NCBI RefSeq assembly: GCF_000195955.2
Contig: NC_000962.3
Location: 2,520,001-2,552,000, forward strand
Direction of reading: 5' to 3'
Origin: Mycobacterium tuberculosis H37Rv
GTDB lineage: Bacteria; Actinomycetota; Actinomycetes; Mycobacteriales; Mycobacteriaceae
Length of the DNA stretch: 32,000 bases
The notes below the pieces were generated by a model. It was given only the letters and a program-made list of their open reading frames with translations, did no database searches and was not told where the DNA came from. Below are positions 16,595 through 26,489 of this stretch, one piece after another (within the stretch, counting starts at the first letter, position 1; every line of letters starts with the position of its first letter). The position numbers were made by a program, and so were the translations under genes.

Positions 16595-18350
16595 ACTGCC
16601 CGATCCCGGGAACCTGAGGTATTCCGGGGGGGAGCTGCGGAATCTCCGGAATCGGTGGGATCGGCGGGATCGGTGGAGGGCTGGGGGACGTGGTCGCCGG
16701 CGGCTGCGTGGTCGCCGGCGGCTGCGTGGTCGCCGGCGGCGCGGAAGCGGGGGTCGTCGGTGCCGGAGTGATGACATCGGTGGTCACCGCCGGTTGCGTA
16801 TTCGTCGTTGTCGGCGGAGGCGGCAACGGCTGCTGCAGCGGCGGCGCGGGCCCACCGGTGGCTGGCGCCTGTACGGGAGGTGCGGGCTCGGTAGTGGGGC
16901 CATCGGATGCCGGCGCTGGGGACGGGGGCGGTGCGGCGGTCGTGGTCACACCCGGCCTCTGCGGGGTCCCCGGCGCCGTCGGCTGGTCGCCGGTGGACAA
17001 CCCGATCGCCACGGCGGCACCCACCAGCAACACCGCCACCGTCGTGCCGGTGATGATCACGGCCGGCAGGCGATACCACGGGATTGGCGGGGACTTGGGC
17101 TCGGGCTCCGCATGGGCATCGTGGTCGAAGCTCAGCGACGGGCGGGCCGCTGTGTAGCCAGGGGCCGGCCCGATGTGGGAGTCCTCGTCGGCCTCCGACC
17201 AGGCCAAAGCGGGCTGCAGGACCGACGCCGGCGCATCGGCCGGCGCCGTCGCCGTCGCCGAGGTGACCGCGGTCAGCACCGTTGCGCTGGTGTCGCCGGG
17301 TCTGCGTGCCGCCCACAACGCGCCGCCGAAAGCGGCCGTCAATTGCGGACGAGGCGTCCTGACCACCGGCACGCAGAAACGTCCGGACAGCGTCGTGGTG
17401 ACTGCCGGGATATTTGCACCACCACCCACCGAAACGATCGCTACCAGCTCGGCCGTGCGAATTCCGCTGCGGGCCAGGGTTTGTTCCAAGGCCCTGCCCA
17501 CGCTGTCCAGCGAGTCACGGATTGTGTCCTCGAGCTCGTTGCGGGTCAACCGGATATCCCCGCCCAACGCGTCGGTCAGCGTGGTCACCGTGCTTGACGA
17601 AAGCCGTTCCTTGGCTTTGCGACATTCGATCCGCAGCTTAGTCAGTGAGCCGATCGCCGAGGTGCCGGCTGGATCGAACGCGCCCGTGCCCGGTAGTTCG
17701 GACATGACGTAGCTCAACAGCGACTGATCGATCAGATCGCCGGAGAAAGCCTGATGGCGCACCGTCGCGGCCACCGGCCGATACTCGTCTGCGGCGTCGA
17801 CGAGCGTGATGCCGGTCCCGCTGCCACCGAAGTCGCATACCGCGACGATCCCACGGGCCGGTATGCCCGGGTCGGCCCGTATCGCGTACAGCGCTGCCGC
17901 GGCGTCAGGGAGCAGTGACAGTGGCTGGGCCGTACTCGAAGTCCCGTGCGACCATTCCGAGGCCCGACGCAGCGCGCTATCCAACGCTGCTACCGCAGCC
18001 GGCCCCCAGTGGGCGGGATAGGTCACCGTGACACTTCCGGGAAGAGCACGACCGCCGGTAGCGGTGTAGGCCAGCGCCAGCAGTGCGTCAGCCACTAGCG
18101 CCTCGCTGCGGTACACCGAGCCGTCGGCAGCCACGATGCCGACCGAATCTCCCACCCGGTCTACGAAGTCGGTGATCACCAGGCCTGGCTCGTCCAGCCT
18201 CGGGTTCTCCGATGGCACACCGACCTCGGGCGGGCGCTGTCGATACAGCGTCAGCACGGGTTTACGTGTGATGGAGTGATCGGCAGCCACAGCCGCTAGG
18301 TTGGTGACACCGATCGACAAGCCTAATGCCGGTCTCGCCCCTGTTGCCAT
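16572..18350 (-). CDS. Hsp70/actin-fold ATPase-like protein with a single TM segment and a proline/threonine-rich repetitive C-terminal tail (592 aa, Rv2264c-like)
   Basis: Hsp70-like phosphate/adenosine motifs [27 protein letters not shown] and [14 protein letters not shown] helix [24 protein letters not shown]. Tail [30 protein letters not shown]. The 3' end overlaps the convergent SDR gene by 23 bp. Confidence 0.8.
   Translation of the reverse strand: MATGARPALGLSIGVTNLAAVAADHSITRKPVLTLYRQRPPEVGVPSENPRLDEPGLVITDFVDRVGDSVGIVAADGSVYRSEALVADALLALAYTATGGRALPGSVTVTYPAHWGPAAVAALDSALRRASEWSHGTSSTAQPLSLLPDAAAALYAIRADPGIPARGIVAVCDFGGSGTGITLVDAADEYRPVAATVRHQAFSGDLIDQSLLSYVMSELPGTGAFDPAGTSAIGSLTKLRIECRKAKERLSSSTVTTLTDALGGDIRLTRNELEDTIRDSLDSVGRALEQTLARSGIRTAELVAIVSVGGGANIPAVTTTLSGRFCVPVVRTPRPQLTAAFGGALWAARRPGDTSATVLTAVTSATATAPADAPASVLQPALAWSEADEDSHIGPAPGYTAARPSLSFDHDAHAEPEPKSPPIPWYRLPAVIITGTTVAVLLVGAAVAIGLSTGDQPTAPGTPQRPGVTTTAAPPPSPAPASDGPTTEPAPPVQAPATGGPAPPLQQPLPPPPTTTNTQPAVTTDVITPAPTTPASAPPATTQPPATTQPPATTSPSPPPIPPIPPIPEIPQLPPGIPQVPGIGQFSAISGS
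16651..16740. repeat. in-frame short tandem repeats inside the proline-rich tail (3 x 9 bp and about 2.9 x 18 bp)
   Basis: Three 9-bp units: atcggtggg, atcggcggg, atcggtgga (16651-16677). The 18-bp unit cgtggtcgccggcggctg starts at 16689, 16707 and 16725 (the last is partial). Confidence 0.85.
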
Positions 18351-18699
18351 ATGGCCCAATCCCCGTGTCCGGCGGCTCGTCGCAACCGCCTACCTCGAAT
18401 TTTCCGTCATACCTATAGCCAATGTGGGCGCCGGTGATCTGGATAGCGACATTGCCGCAACGCCCGGTTGGTCAGCAAATGGTGCCCATGCTGGCGACCA
18501 ACGGGACCTCCGGCGCGGTAAGGCAGCCGGGCTCCAGTAATCCCAGCGGCTAGGCCAAGGCCTCGATGTCGTCGGTGGCGACGATGCCTACCGGCTTGGA
18601 GCCGTGTTGAGAAATGAGTTCGGCCGTCGGCAGCAACCTCCCCACTCAGCAATCCCAGCTTCACCCTAAACCTGGCGTTCGTACGCCACCTAGCATCTG

Positions 18700-19929
18700 G
18701 TGGGTGCGAACGGTGATGTCGCGTTGAGCCGCATCGGCGCCACCCGTCCGGCATTGAGCGCGTGGCGATTCGTCACAGTGTTCGGGGTGGTCGGCCTGCT
18801 CGCCGACGTCGTGTATGAAGGGGCCCGTTCGATCACCGGCCCGCTGCTGGCTTCGTTGGGAGCGACCGGACTGGTGGTCGGAGTCGTCACCGGCGTCGGT
18901 GAGGCCGCCGCCTTGGGCTTGCGGCTGGTGTCGGGGCCATTGGCCGATCGAAGCCGACGGTTTTGGGCCTGGACCATCGCCGGCTACACCCTGACGGTGG
19001 TAACGGTTCCGCTGCTCGGCATCGCGGGCGCCCTGTGGGTGGCGTGCGCGTTGGTCATCGCCGAGCGAGTCGGGAAAGCTGTGCGCGGCCCCGCCAAAGA
19101 CACCCTGCTGTCGCACGCGGCCAGTGTGACCGGCCGAGGCCGCGGTTTCGCCGTGCACGAGGCGCTGGACCAGGTCGGTGCGATGATCGGCCCTCTCACC
19201 GTTGCCGGGATGCTCGCGATCACCGGGAATGCCTATGCGCCCGCGCTCGGCGTGCTGACCCTGCCCGGCGGTGCCGCCCTTGCTCTGTTGCTGTGGCTGC
19301 AGCGTCGGGTGCCCCGCCCGGAGTCCTACGAGGACTGTCCGGTTGTCCTCGGTAATCCTTCGGCGCCGCGACCCTGGGCGCTGCCGGCGCAGTTCTGGCT
19401 GTACTGCGGGTTCACCGCGATCACCATGCTGGGGTTTGGCACGTTCGGGTTGCTGTCGTTTCACATGGTCAGCCACGGCGTGCTGGCCGCCGCCATGGTC
19501 CCGGTGGTCTATGCGGCCGCAATGGCCGCAGATGCGCTGACGGCCTTGGCCTCAGGCTTCAGCTATGACAGATATGGCGCGAAAACCCTTGCCGTTCTGC
19601 CGATTCTGTCGATTCTGGTGGTGCTATTCGCCTTCACGGACAACGTCACAATGGTGGTCATTGGCACGTTGGTGTGGGGCGCAGCGGTCGGAATACAAGA
19701 GTCCACGCTGCGCGGCGTGGTGGCCGACCTGGTCGCCAGCCCACGGCGGGCCAGCGCCTACGGCGTGTTCGCCGCAGGGCTGGGCGCTGCGACCGCCGGG
19801 GGCGGCGCCCTCATCGGCTGGCTGTACGACATCTCCATCGGCACGCTCGTTGTGGTGGTGATCGCACTTGAACTGATGGCCCTGGTGATGATGTTCGCGA
19901 TCCGACTACCCCGCGTAGCACCGAGCTAA
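18700..19929 (+). CDS. MFS-type integral membrane transporter (409 aa, Rv2265-like)
   Basis: GTG start. About 12 hydrophobic segments. MFS motif-A-like GPLADRSRRFW between the early helices. Confidence 0.8.
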   Translation: MGANGDVALSRIGATRPALSAWRFVTVFGVVGLLADVVYEGARSITGPLLASLGATGLVVGVVTGVGEAAALGLRLVSGPLADRSRRFWAWTIAGYTLTVVTVPLLGIAGALWVACALVIAERVGKAVRGPAKDTLLSHAASVTGRGRGFAVHEALDQVGAMIGPLTVAGMLAITGNAYAPALGVLTLPGGAALALLLWLQRRVPRPESYEDCPVVLGNPSAPRPWALPAQFWLYCGFTAITMLGFGTFGLLSFHMVSHGVLAAAMVPVVYAAAMAADALTALASGFSYDRYGAKTLAVLPILSILVVLFAFTDNVTMVVIGTLVWGAAVGIQESTLRGVVADLVASPRRASAYGVFAAGLGAATAGGGALIGWLYDISIGTLVVVVIALELMALVMMFAIRLPRVAPS

Positions 19930-20103
19930 AGAAGCGATCAGGCGGCCCAACGGAACAGCAGGTTGGTATGCGACAACATGCTTGACCGGCACGCCAACAA
20001 GCACGACTGCCACCGATCCAGGTAAGTGGCGGCCAAGGACGGTCAACCGGTCTAGGCTCGCCAGTATTACCCCTTCAAGGGCGAAGGGGGCAGGAGGATC
20101 TCG

Positions 20104-21390
20104 ATGGGCCTCAACACGGCGATCGCGACTCGGGTGAATGGCACGCCGCCGCCGGAGGTGCCGATCGCCGATATTGAACTGGGTTCCCTGGATTTCTGGG
20201 CACTCGATGACGACGTTCGCGATGGCGCCTTCGCCACCTTGCGCCGCGAGGCGCCGATCTCGTTCTGGCCCACGATCGAGCTGCCCGGGTTTGTCGCGGG
20301 CAATGGGCATTGGGCGCTCACCAAGTACGACGATGTCTTCTACGCCAGCCGTCATCCGGACATTTTCAGTTCGTACCCCAACATCACGATCAACGACCAG
20401 ACACCAGAGTTAGCCGAATACTTCGGCTCGATGATCGTGCTCGACGATCCGCGCCATCAGCGGCTGCGCTCGATTGTCAGCCGAGCCTTCACCCCGAAGG
20501 TGGTAGCCCGCATCGAAGCAGCCGTGCGTGACCGGGCCCATCGGTTGGTCTCATCGATGATCGCCAATAATCCCGACCGGCAGGCCGATCTGGTCAGCGA
20601 ACTCGCAGGTCCACTGCCGCTGCAGATTATCTGTGACATGATGGGGATTCCCAAGGCGGACCATCAGCGCATTTTTCACTGGACCAACGTCATTCTCGGC
20701 TTCGGCGATCCCGATCTGGCCACCGATTTCGACGAGTTCATGCAGGTTTCGGCGGACATCGGCGCCTACGCCACCGCGCTGGCCGAAGACCGCCGGGTCA
20801 ACCACCACGACGATCTGACCAGCAGCCTGGTCGAAGCCGAGGTCGACGGCGAGCGGCTGTCGTCGAGGGAGATCGCGTCGTTCTTCATCCTGCTGGTGGT
20901 GGCCGGCAACGAGACGACGCGCAACGCGATCACTCACGGCGTGCTGGCACTGTCCCGCTATCCCGAGCAACGGGACAGGTGGTGGTCTGACTTCGACGGC
21001 CTGGCGCCCACCGCGGTCGAGGAGATCGTGCGGTGGGCCTCCCCGGTGGTCTACATGCGCCGCACCCTGACCCAAGACATTGAGTTGCGCGGCACCAAGA
21101 TGGCCGCCGGTGACAAGGTCTCCCTGTGGTATTGCTCGGCCAACCGGGACGAGTCAAAGTTCGCCGATCCCTGGACATTCGACCTAGCACGCAACCCCAA
21201 TCCGCATCTCGGTTTCGGTGGCGGTGGCGCCCATTTCTGCCTGGGCGCCAACCTAGCGCGTCGGGAGATCAGGGTCGCGTTCGACGAACTACGCAGGCAG
21301 ATGCCCGACGTCGTCGCGACCGAGGAGCCCGCACGGCTGTTGTCGCAGTTCATTCACGGAATCAAGACGCTGCCAGTTACGTGGTCCTGA
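20104..21390 (+). CDS. cyp124: cytochrome P450 Cyp124 (428 aa)
   Basis: I-helix AGNETT, ExxR, and heme-thiolate loop FGGGGAHFCLGANLAR. Confidence 0.92.
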   Translation: MGLNTAIATRVNGTPPPEVPIADIELGSLDFWALDDDVRDGAFATLRREAPISFWPTIELPGFVAGNGHWALTKYDDVFYASRHPDIFSSYPNITINDQTPELAEYFGSMIVLDDPRHQRLRSIVSRAFTPKVVARIEAAVRDRAHRLVSSMIANNPDRQADLVSELAGPLPLQIICDMMGIPKADHQRIFHWTNVILGFGDPDLATDFDEFMQVSADIGAYATALAEDRRVNHHDDLTSSLVEAEVDGERLSSREIASFFILLVVAGNETTRNAITHGVLALSRYPEQRDRWWSDFDGLAPTAVEEIVRWASPVVYMRRTLTQDIELRGTKMAAGDKVSLWYCSANRDESKFADPWTFDLARNPNPHLGFGGGGAHFCLGANLARREIRVAFDELRRQMPDVVATEEPARLLSQFIHGIKTLPVTWS

Positions 21391-21493
21391 AAGGCCGAAC
21401 GTGGCTCGGCGGGTATATGGTGCGCCATTCCCGGTGGCTGTGGGATTTGCACTACACAGGAAGCGTTGTCGCCCACCCACTGGCGGACCGGTA

Positions 21494-21519
21494 GGCACCG
21501 ATCGGTGCCGGCCTGTTTT
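21494..21519 (+). terminator. weak intrinsic-terminator candidate downstream of cyp124
   Basis: The 16-bp palindrome ggcaccgatcggtgcc (21494-21509) is followed by ggcctgtttt. The stem is short and the T-run is only 4 nt and is offset. Confidence 0.3.
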
Positions 21520-21643
21520 GGGTAGCGGATCAAGCGCACAAACGACTCGCGGTGGCCGAACAGGATGATGTTGGCGAGACGCCCCGTCTGGCATGACCGC
21601 TGCCGACGCGTTCGAGTGCGGTCGAGAGCCAAAGGCGGCTTGA

Positions 21644-22810
21644 TCAGCCGCCAACCGCAGGCCGAAGACGTGCCGGCTCAGGTGTGTGACGATCGTAGCC
21701 GTAGCGGTCGATGATCTCGCCCCAGTGCTCATCGACAATCGCACGCTGCTCGACGGTCAGTTGATAGCTGTTGGTTTTGTAGTCCGCATGGTCAGCTAGG
21801 TATTGCCGCAGACGCGGCAGGTAACACTCGAAGTCGCCCAGTCCCAGGTGCTGGTATAGCCGGCGCAGCTGTCCCTCGGGATCACCGATCAAATCCTCAT
21901 AACGCAATTCGTAAAAGCGTGTGGGGTCAACGAGTTCTCGGCCTTCGTCCAACTTTCGGTATAGGTCGACGTAGGTCGACACGACCTTGTCGTCCAACCC
22001 GTCGAACGTCGGTTGTTGCAAGCCATGTATGCGGTACAGCGCCTTATGAAGATGGATGGTTGATGGATAGACCACATAGGGATCTCGGACGATGTGGATG
22101 AACTTCGCTTGCGGGAATACCTCCAGCAGCACCTTGATTCGAAAACTATGCGTTGGATTCTTGAGGATCACCGTCTTGCGACGGCGGAAGTACACCTGCT
22201 GAACGAACCGGAACAGGGTCCGTTTCCAGATTTCTAGTTCTCGCGGTGCCACCTGCTCTAGATCCAGGTACTCCTCATACTGGGGCGGCCGGTTCGGGAA
22301 TGCGATGGTCAGATACGGCGACGGCAGGCCCTGCATACACCACACGAACTCGTCTTCCTGCGGGTGATGCAAGCTCAAATCCATGTTGTCCATTGCCCGA
22401 TGCTTCGATACCAGGAATTCCACATATGGCGCAAACCACTCGGTCAGTAGAAAATGGTGTGGCGCAAGGCATTCGTAGCCGGTGGGACCGGTGTGGCGAT
22501 CATCGACGACCAACAGTTCATGCAGCAAGGTGGTGCCGGTACGCCAATGCCCAACAATGAAGATTGGCGGATCGGCGATCACCGTTTCGGCCACTCGCCT
22601 ACCGAAAACGATCTTCTGCCACAACCCCAGACAGGAATTGACCATGCTGAGAAACGTATAGAGGACCGCGAAGTGCCAGCGGCTGTGATGCACGGCGAAG
22701 CGGTTACGGATCAAAAGCCGCATCCAGGCCGAGAAGTTGCAGCCGACCCACAGCGGTGCGGCCCACTCGCGCCACCGGGAAAGTCGAGACGACGAACGGA
22801 GAGCCTTCAT
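21644..22810 (-). CDS. stf3: PAPS-dependent sulfotransferase (388 aa, Stf3/Rv2267c-like)
   Basis: 5'-PSB-like motif [17 protein letters not shown] at 22810 forms an ATGA overlap with the cyp128 stop (22807-22810). The longer 443-aa track ORF is only an upstream extension. Confidence 0.85.
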
Positions 22811-24276
22811 GGTGCGACGCGGGGGGTAACGGCGACCCGTAACCGGGTCAAGCCGCGAAGGTTGGCGTTTGTCGTCCACGTCGGCGGCTCGACCACCTCT
22901 ATTCGGTCGATATTGGCGACGATCTCGCGCAAGATCGCCTGACCCTCCATGCGCGCCAGCTGGGTCCCCGGACACAGGTGGATGCCGGAGCCGAACGCGA
23001 GATGCCCGACCGGGTTGCGGTCGGCGCGAAAGACATCCGGGTCTTCGTACTGGCGCGGGTCACGGTTGGCTGCACCCCATGCCAGCAGCACCAGTGAGCC
23101 TGCCGGGATGACCGCTTGACCGACCGAATAGTCGACGCGCGTTGTGCGGCAGATGTTTTGGATTGGCGATATAAAGCGGAGGTGCTCCTCGATCGCCGAC
23201 GGGATCAGGTCTGGTTGCTGCGCAAGGAGTGTCAGCTGATCTGGATAGTCGGCCAGCGTCAGAAACAATGTGCTAATCATATGAGCAGTGCTCTCATAGC
23301 CCGCAACCAGCAGCAACACCGCGAAGAAGAACAATTCGTCATCGCTGAGTCGACCTTGCTCGGCATGGGTGGCAAGCTTCCCGAGAACAGTGCATTCCCT
23401 AAGCAGCCCGTTGTCACGCCGATGAGTGAAGAGTGCACGCAATCGCCGGAATCCGGCAAAGCCCTGCACAAGCGAAATCAACCCGGAGGCTGACAAGGCA
23501 ACGTCGGTGATCCGTACCGCCTGGTTGGACAAACGGCAGAAGGCGGCCTCGTCCGGTCCATCTACGCCGAGCACACTGGTGATAGCGCGCATCGGCATCG
23601 GTGCGGCCACGGTGGAGACGACGTCCGCGGGCGTCTGGGTCAGTAACCCGCCGACCAGTTCTCGGGCAAGCTGGTCGACCATCGGGCGCCACGTCTCCAA
23701 CGCGCCACGCGCCATACCTGGTGCCAGTTGCTTGCGCATCCGGGTGTGCGCCGGCGGATCGGACGTCGGCAGAAACGGCAGCCACCCCCGTGAGAAGGTG
23801 ACCCCACGGGCGCTGGACAACGTGTCGTGGTTACGCGCAGCCTCGCGGACGTCGGCGTATCGGCTCAAAATGTAGACGTCGCGCTTGGGGTTGTACTGCA
23901 CCCGCTCGCCGGCCAACAGCTCTCGATAATGCGGGTAAGGATCAGCGGCAATCGCGGGATCGAACGGGTCAAAGTCGGTGAGCTGCATAAATTTCCGGCA
24001 ATGCCGGCCGGTCAACCTGGACCGAGCCTTCCCGGCGACCCTCAGCGCAAGTGCTTTCGCGACCGCGGGCCCGTAGGTTCGCACAGTTTGCGCGTCGCGC
24101 CACATGCTGGTGGCTACCGGGATGCCACCAGATGACGCGCGCCGGCGCGTGGGAACGCCCAGAGCCGTGGTCGCGTCCTGCGCGGTCAGACCAACGTCGG
24201 GCGTGCCCGCTAACGGGCACCCGGCCAGCCGCACTCGGTCCGGCGCGGGCTCGGGAGGGGACTGTGTCGCGGTCAT
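22807..24276 (-). CDS. cyp128: cytochrome P450 Cyp128 (489 aa)
   Basis: I-helix AGYESTA and heme loop [23 protein letters not shown] lies just upstream of the ATG at 24276. Confidence 0.9.
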
Positions 24277-24281
24277 GACCC

Positions 24282-24393
24282 TCCGAACTCAGAGAGGCGT
24301 AGAACAGTCACAGGGTAACGGCGGGCATCGCAATAATTGCGCAGTTTCGCAAAGCGTTTCGCAACGCAATAAGATGGTTACCCGGAGTTCGGA
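24282..24393 (-). promoter_or_regulatory. structured, repeat-rich leader/operator region upstream of cyp128
   Basis: A 9-bp inverted repeat tccgaactc (24282-24290) / gagttcgga (24385-24393). An inner 7-bp inverted repeat gggtaac (24313-24319) / gttaccc (24377-24383). A 13-bp palindrome cgcaataattgcg (24329-24341). A direct repeat gtttcgcaa at 24344-24352 and 24356-24364. Confidence 0.45.
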
Positions 24394-24621
24394 CAGGCGA
24401 ATCTGCCCAGCGCAAGGCTGGTGATAGCGCCGACCAACGGCGCCGTGATCGGTAACCGTTTCCGACCGGCCGATACCGGCCCGGCCACCATAGCGGAGGT
24501 CAACCCCACCTGTTGGCGGAACGCCCAAAACTGGGCCGACTGTGTAGGCATGCGTCGCACTTGATTGGTCGCCGACCCGGCAATTCGCTAGCCGCGCTAA
24601 GGGTCGCGCATCGTTGGCCAC
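24289..24621 (-). CDS. hypothetical 110-aa ORF (Rv2269c-like), doubtful
   Basis: ORF only, with no recognisable motifs. It overlaps the AT-richer repeat region, and its stop lies 12 nt upstream of the cyp128 ATG. Confidence 0.25.
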   Translation of the reverse strand: MANDARPLARLANCRVGDQSSATHAYTVGPVLGVPPTGGVDLRYGGRAGIGRSETVTDHGAVGRRYHQPCAGQIRLSELRVTILLRCETLCETAQLLRCPPLPCDCSTPL

Positions 24622-24697
24622 AACAGGCGCGACTTGCGCGAATGTGCTTTCTCGCCGGCATCGCGATGCCTAACTTTATGTTTTCGAGGAGACTGCG

Positions 24698-25225
24698 ATG
24701 CGGCTTCCAGGCCGTCATGTGTTATACGCCCTGTCGGCGGTCACCATGCTGGCGGCCTGCTCCAGCAACGGTGCTCGTGGCGGCATTGCGTCGACGAACA
24801 TGAATCCGACAAACCCACCCGCAACTGCGGAGACCGCTACCGTCTCACCGACACCGGCTCCGCAGAGCGCGCGAACCGAGACCTGGATTAACCTTCAAGT
24901 CGGCGACTGCCTGGCCGACCTGCCGCCGGCGGATCTGAGCCGGATAACCGTCACGATTGTCGATTGCGCGACAGCGCATTCGGCCGAGGTATACCTGCGT
25001 GCTCCGGTGGCCGTCGATGCCGCCGTCGTTTCCATGGCCAATCGTGATTGTGCTGCCGGATTTGCGCCCTACACAGGCCAATCCGTCGACACCAGCCCAT
25101 ACTCGGTGGCGTATCTCATCGACTCGCATCAGGATAGAACCGGGGCCGATCCCACCCCGAGCACCGTCATCTGTTTGCTGCAGCCCGCCAACGGTCAGTT
25201 GCTCACCGGGTCGGCCCGTCGCTGA
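24698..25225 (+). CDS. lppN: lipoprotein LppN (175 aa)
   Basis: SD GAGGAG precedes the ATG. Signal peptide with lipobox VTMLAAC followed by SSNG. Confidence 0.85.
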
Positions 25226-25331
25226 CCGGACGACCCGTTGTTCGGGTGCGTGGCACACGACACCAACCGGTATCGTCTGTTGCCGTGACTTCTCCGATTG
25301 CTCCGAATACCAAAAGCGACGGTTCTCGCTG

Positions 25332-25631
25332 ATGACTACCCCACCCGACAAGGCGCGGCGCCGGTTTCTTCGCGACGCCTACAAGAACGCTGAGCGCGTC
25401 GCACGAACCGCTTTGCTCACAATCGACCAGGACCAGCTTGAGCAGCTGCTCGACTACGTCGACGAGAGACTCGGCGAACAGCCTTGTGACCACACCGCCC
25501 GGCATGCGCAACGATGGGCCCAATCACACCGCATCGAATGGGAGACGCTGGCCGAGGGCCTACAAGAGTTTGGTGGCTACTGCGATTGTGAGATCGTAAT
25601 GAATGTCGAACCTGAGGCGATCTTCGGCTAG
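25332..25631 (+). CDS. small conserved hypothetical protein (99 aa, Rv2271-like)
   Basis: ATG at 25332 within a longer open frame. Cys-rich C-terminal motif GGYCDCEIV. No function can be inferred. Confidence 0.6.
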   Translation: MTTPPDKARRRFLRDAYKNAERVARTALLTIDQDQLEQLLDYVDERLGEQPCDHTARHAQRWAQSHRIEWETLAEGLQEFGGYCDCEIVMNVEPEAIFG

Positions 25632-25736
25632 TCCTCTGCCGGCGATGTTCTCATAACGACATGGCAAGCCACGCGCTTGACTAAACTCAGCCGACGTCAA
25701 ACCGCCTGTCCCCGATATGCCCTGCGAGGTTGCCTC

Positions 25737-26105
25737 GTGGCTGATGACTCAAACGACACCGCGACCGATGTCGAACCCGACTACCGGTTCACCCTTGCCA
25801 ACGAGCGGACCTTCCTGGCCTGGCAGCGCACCGCTCTAGGCCTGCTGGCCGCGGCGGTCGCCCTGGTGCAGCTCGTCCCGGAACTGACGATCCCCGGCGC
25901 ACGCCAGGTGCTCGGTGTGGTGCTCGCGATTTTGGCAATCCTCACCAGCGGAATGGGTCTGCTGCGCTGGCAGCAGGCGGATCGCGCCATGCGCCGGCAC
26001 CTGCCATTGCCCCGTCACCCCACACCGGGCTACCTCGCGGTGGGGCTCTGCGTGGTCGGGGTCGTCGCGCTCGCATTGGTGGTAGCCAAGGCGATCACCG
26101 GGTGA
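25737..26105 (+). CDS. DUF202 (YidH-like) membrane protein (122 aa, Rv2272-like)
   Basis: Signature [16 protein letters not shown] followed by three hydrophobic helices. GTG start at 25737; the track ORF starts 20 codons earlier. Confidence 0.75.
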
Positions 26106-26431
26106 ACCGTCACTCGACGGCAGCGAGCGATCGCGGGCTGCAGGCCGAACGGACGACGCTGGCCTGGACCCGGACGGCCTTTGCGTTGCTGGTCAACGGC
26201 GTGTTGCTGACGCTCAAGGACACGCAAGGCGCCGACGGGCCGGCTGGGCTGATCCCGGCCGGCCTAGCTGGTGCTGCGGCCTCGTGCTGCTATGTGATCG
26301 CTCTACAACGCCAACGAGCACTTTCGCACCGCCCGCTACCGGCACGAATCACTCCCCGCGGCCAGGTCCACATCCTCGCGACAGCGGTGCTGGTGCTTAT
26401 GGTCGTCACCGCCTTTGCTCAACTGCTCTAG
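26102..26431 (+). CDS. DUF202 (YidH-like) membrane protein, second copy (109 aa, Rv2273-like)
   Basis: Signature [20 protein letters not shown] overlap with the upstream paralogue at 26102-26105. Confidence 0.75.
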
Positions 26432-26441
26432 CGCGGCGAAC

Positions 26442-26489
26442 AGACGCAAAAGCCCCCGCACGCACGGAGTGTCGGGGGCTTTTGCGTCT
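26442..26489. terminator. 17-bp-stem hairpin related to the 2173/3184 elements, between convergent genes
   Basis: agacgcaaaagcccccg (26442-26458) / cgggggcttttgcgtct (26473-26489) with a 14-nt loop. The flanks gaac.../...actcgcc echo the gagc.../...gctcgc flanks of copies 1 and 2. Starts 11 nt after the stop at 26431 and overlaps the stop of the minus-strand ORF at 26488. Confidence 0.5.

Noticed and set aside
16410-17597. 395-aa Arg/Gly-rich plus-strand ORF, and other long ORFs antisense to real genes (722-1435, 6039-7015, 12224-13294, 18661-19476, 14828-15511, 20551-21075)
   Set aside because: They have no motifs and extreme Arg/Gly/Pro composition. Each is fully nested antisense to a gene with strong family signatures.
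18360-18699. 340-bp divergent intergenic region: an imperfect inverted repeat around 18466-18503, and a 31-codon minus-strand frame ending ..SKPVGIVATDDIEALA* (about 18547-18640) reminiscent of a CBS-domain C-terminus
   Set aside because: The fragment is too short to distinguish from chance, the inverted repeat is imperfect, and there is no start, SD or partner domain. Only a tblastn search against relatives would justify a pseudogene call.
22811-22975. 55-codon N-terminal extension of the sulfotransferase ORF
   Set aside because: The extension overlaps the 3' end of cyp128 in another frame. The ATG at 22810 gives the ATGA coupling, and the sulfotransferase domain starts soon after.
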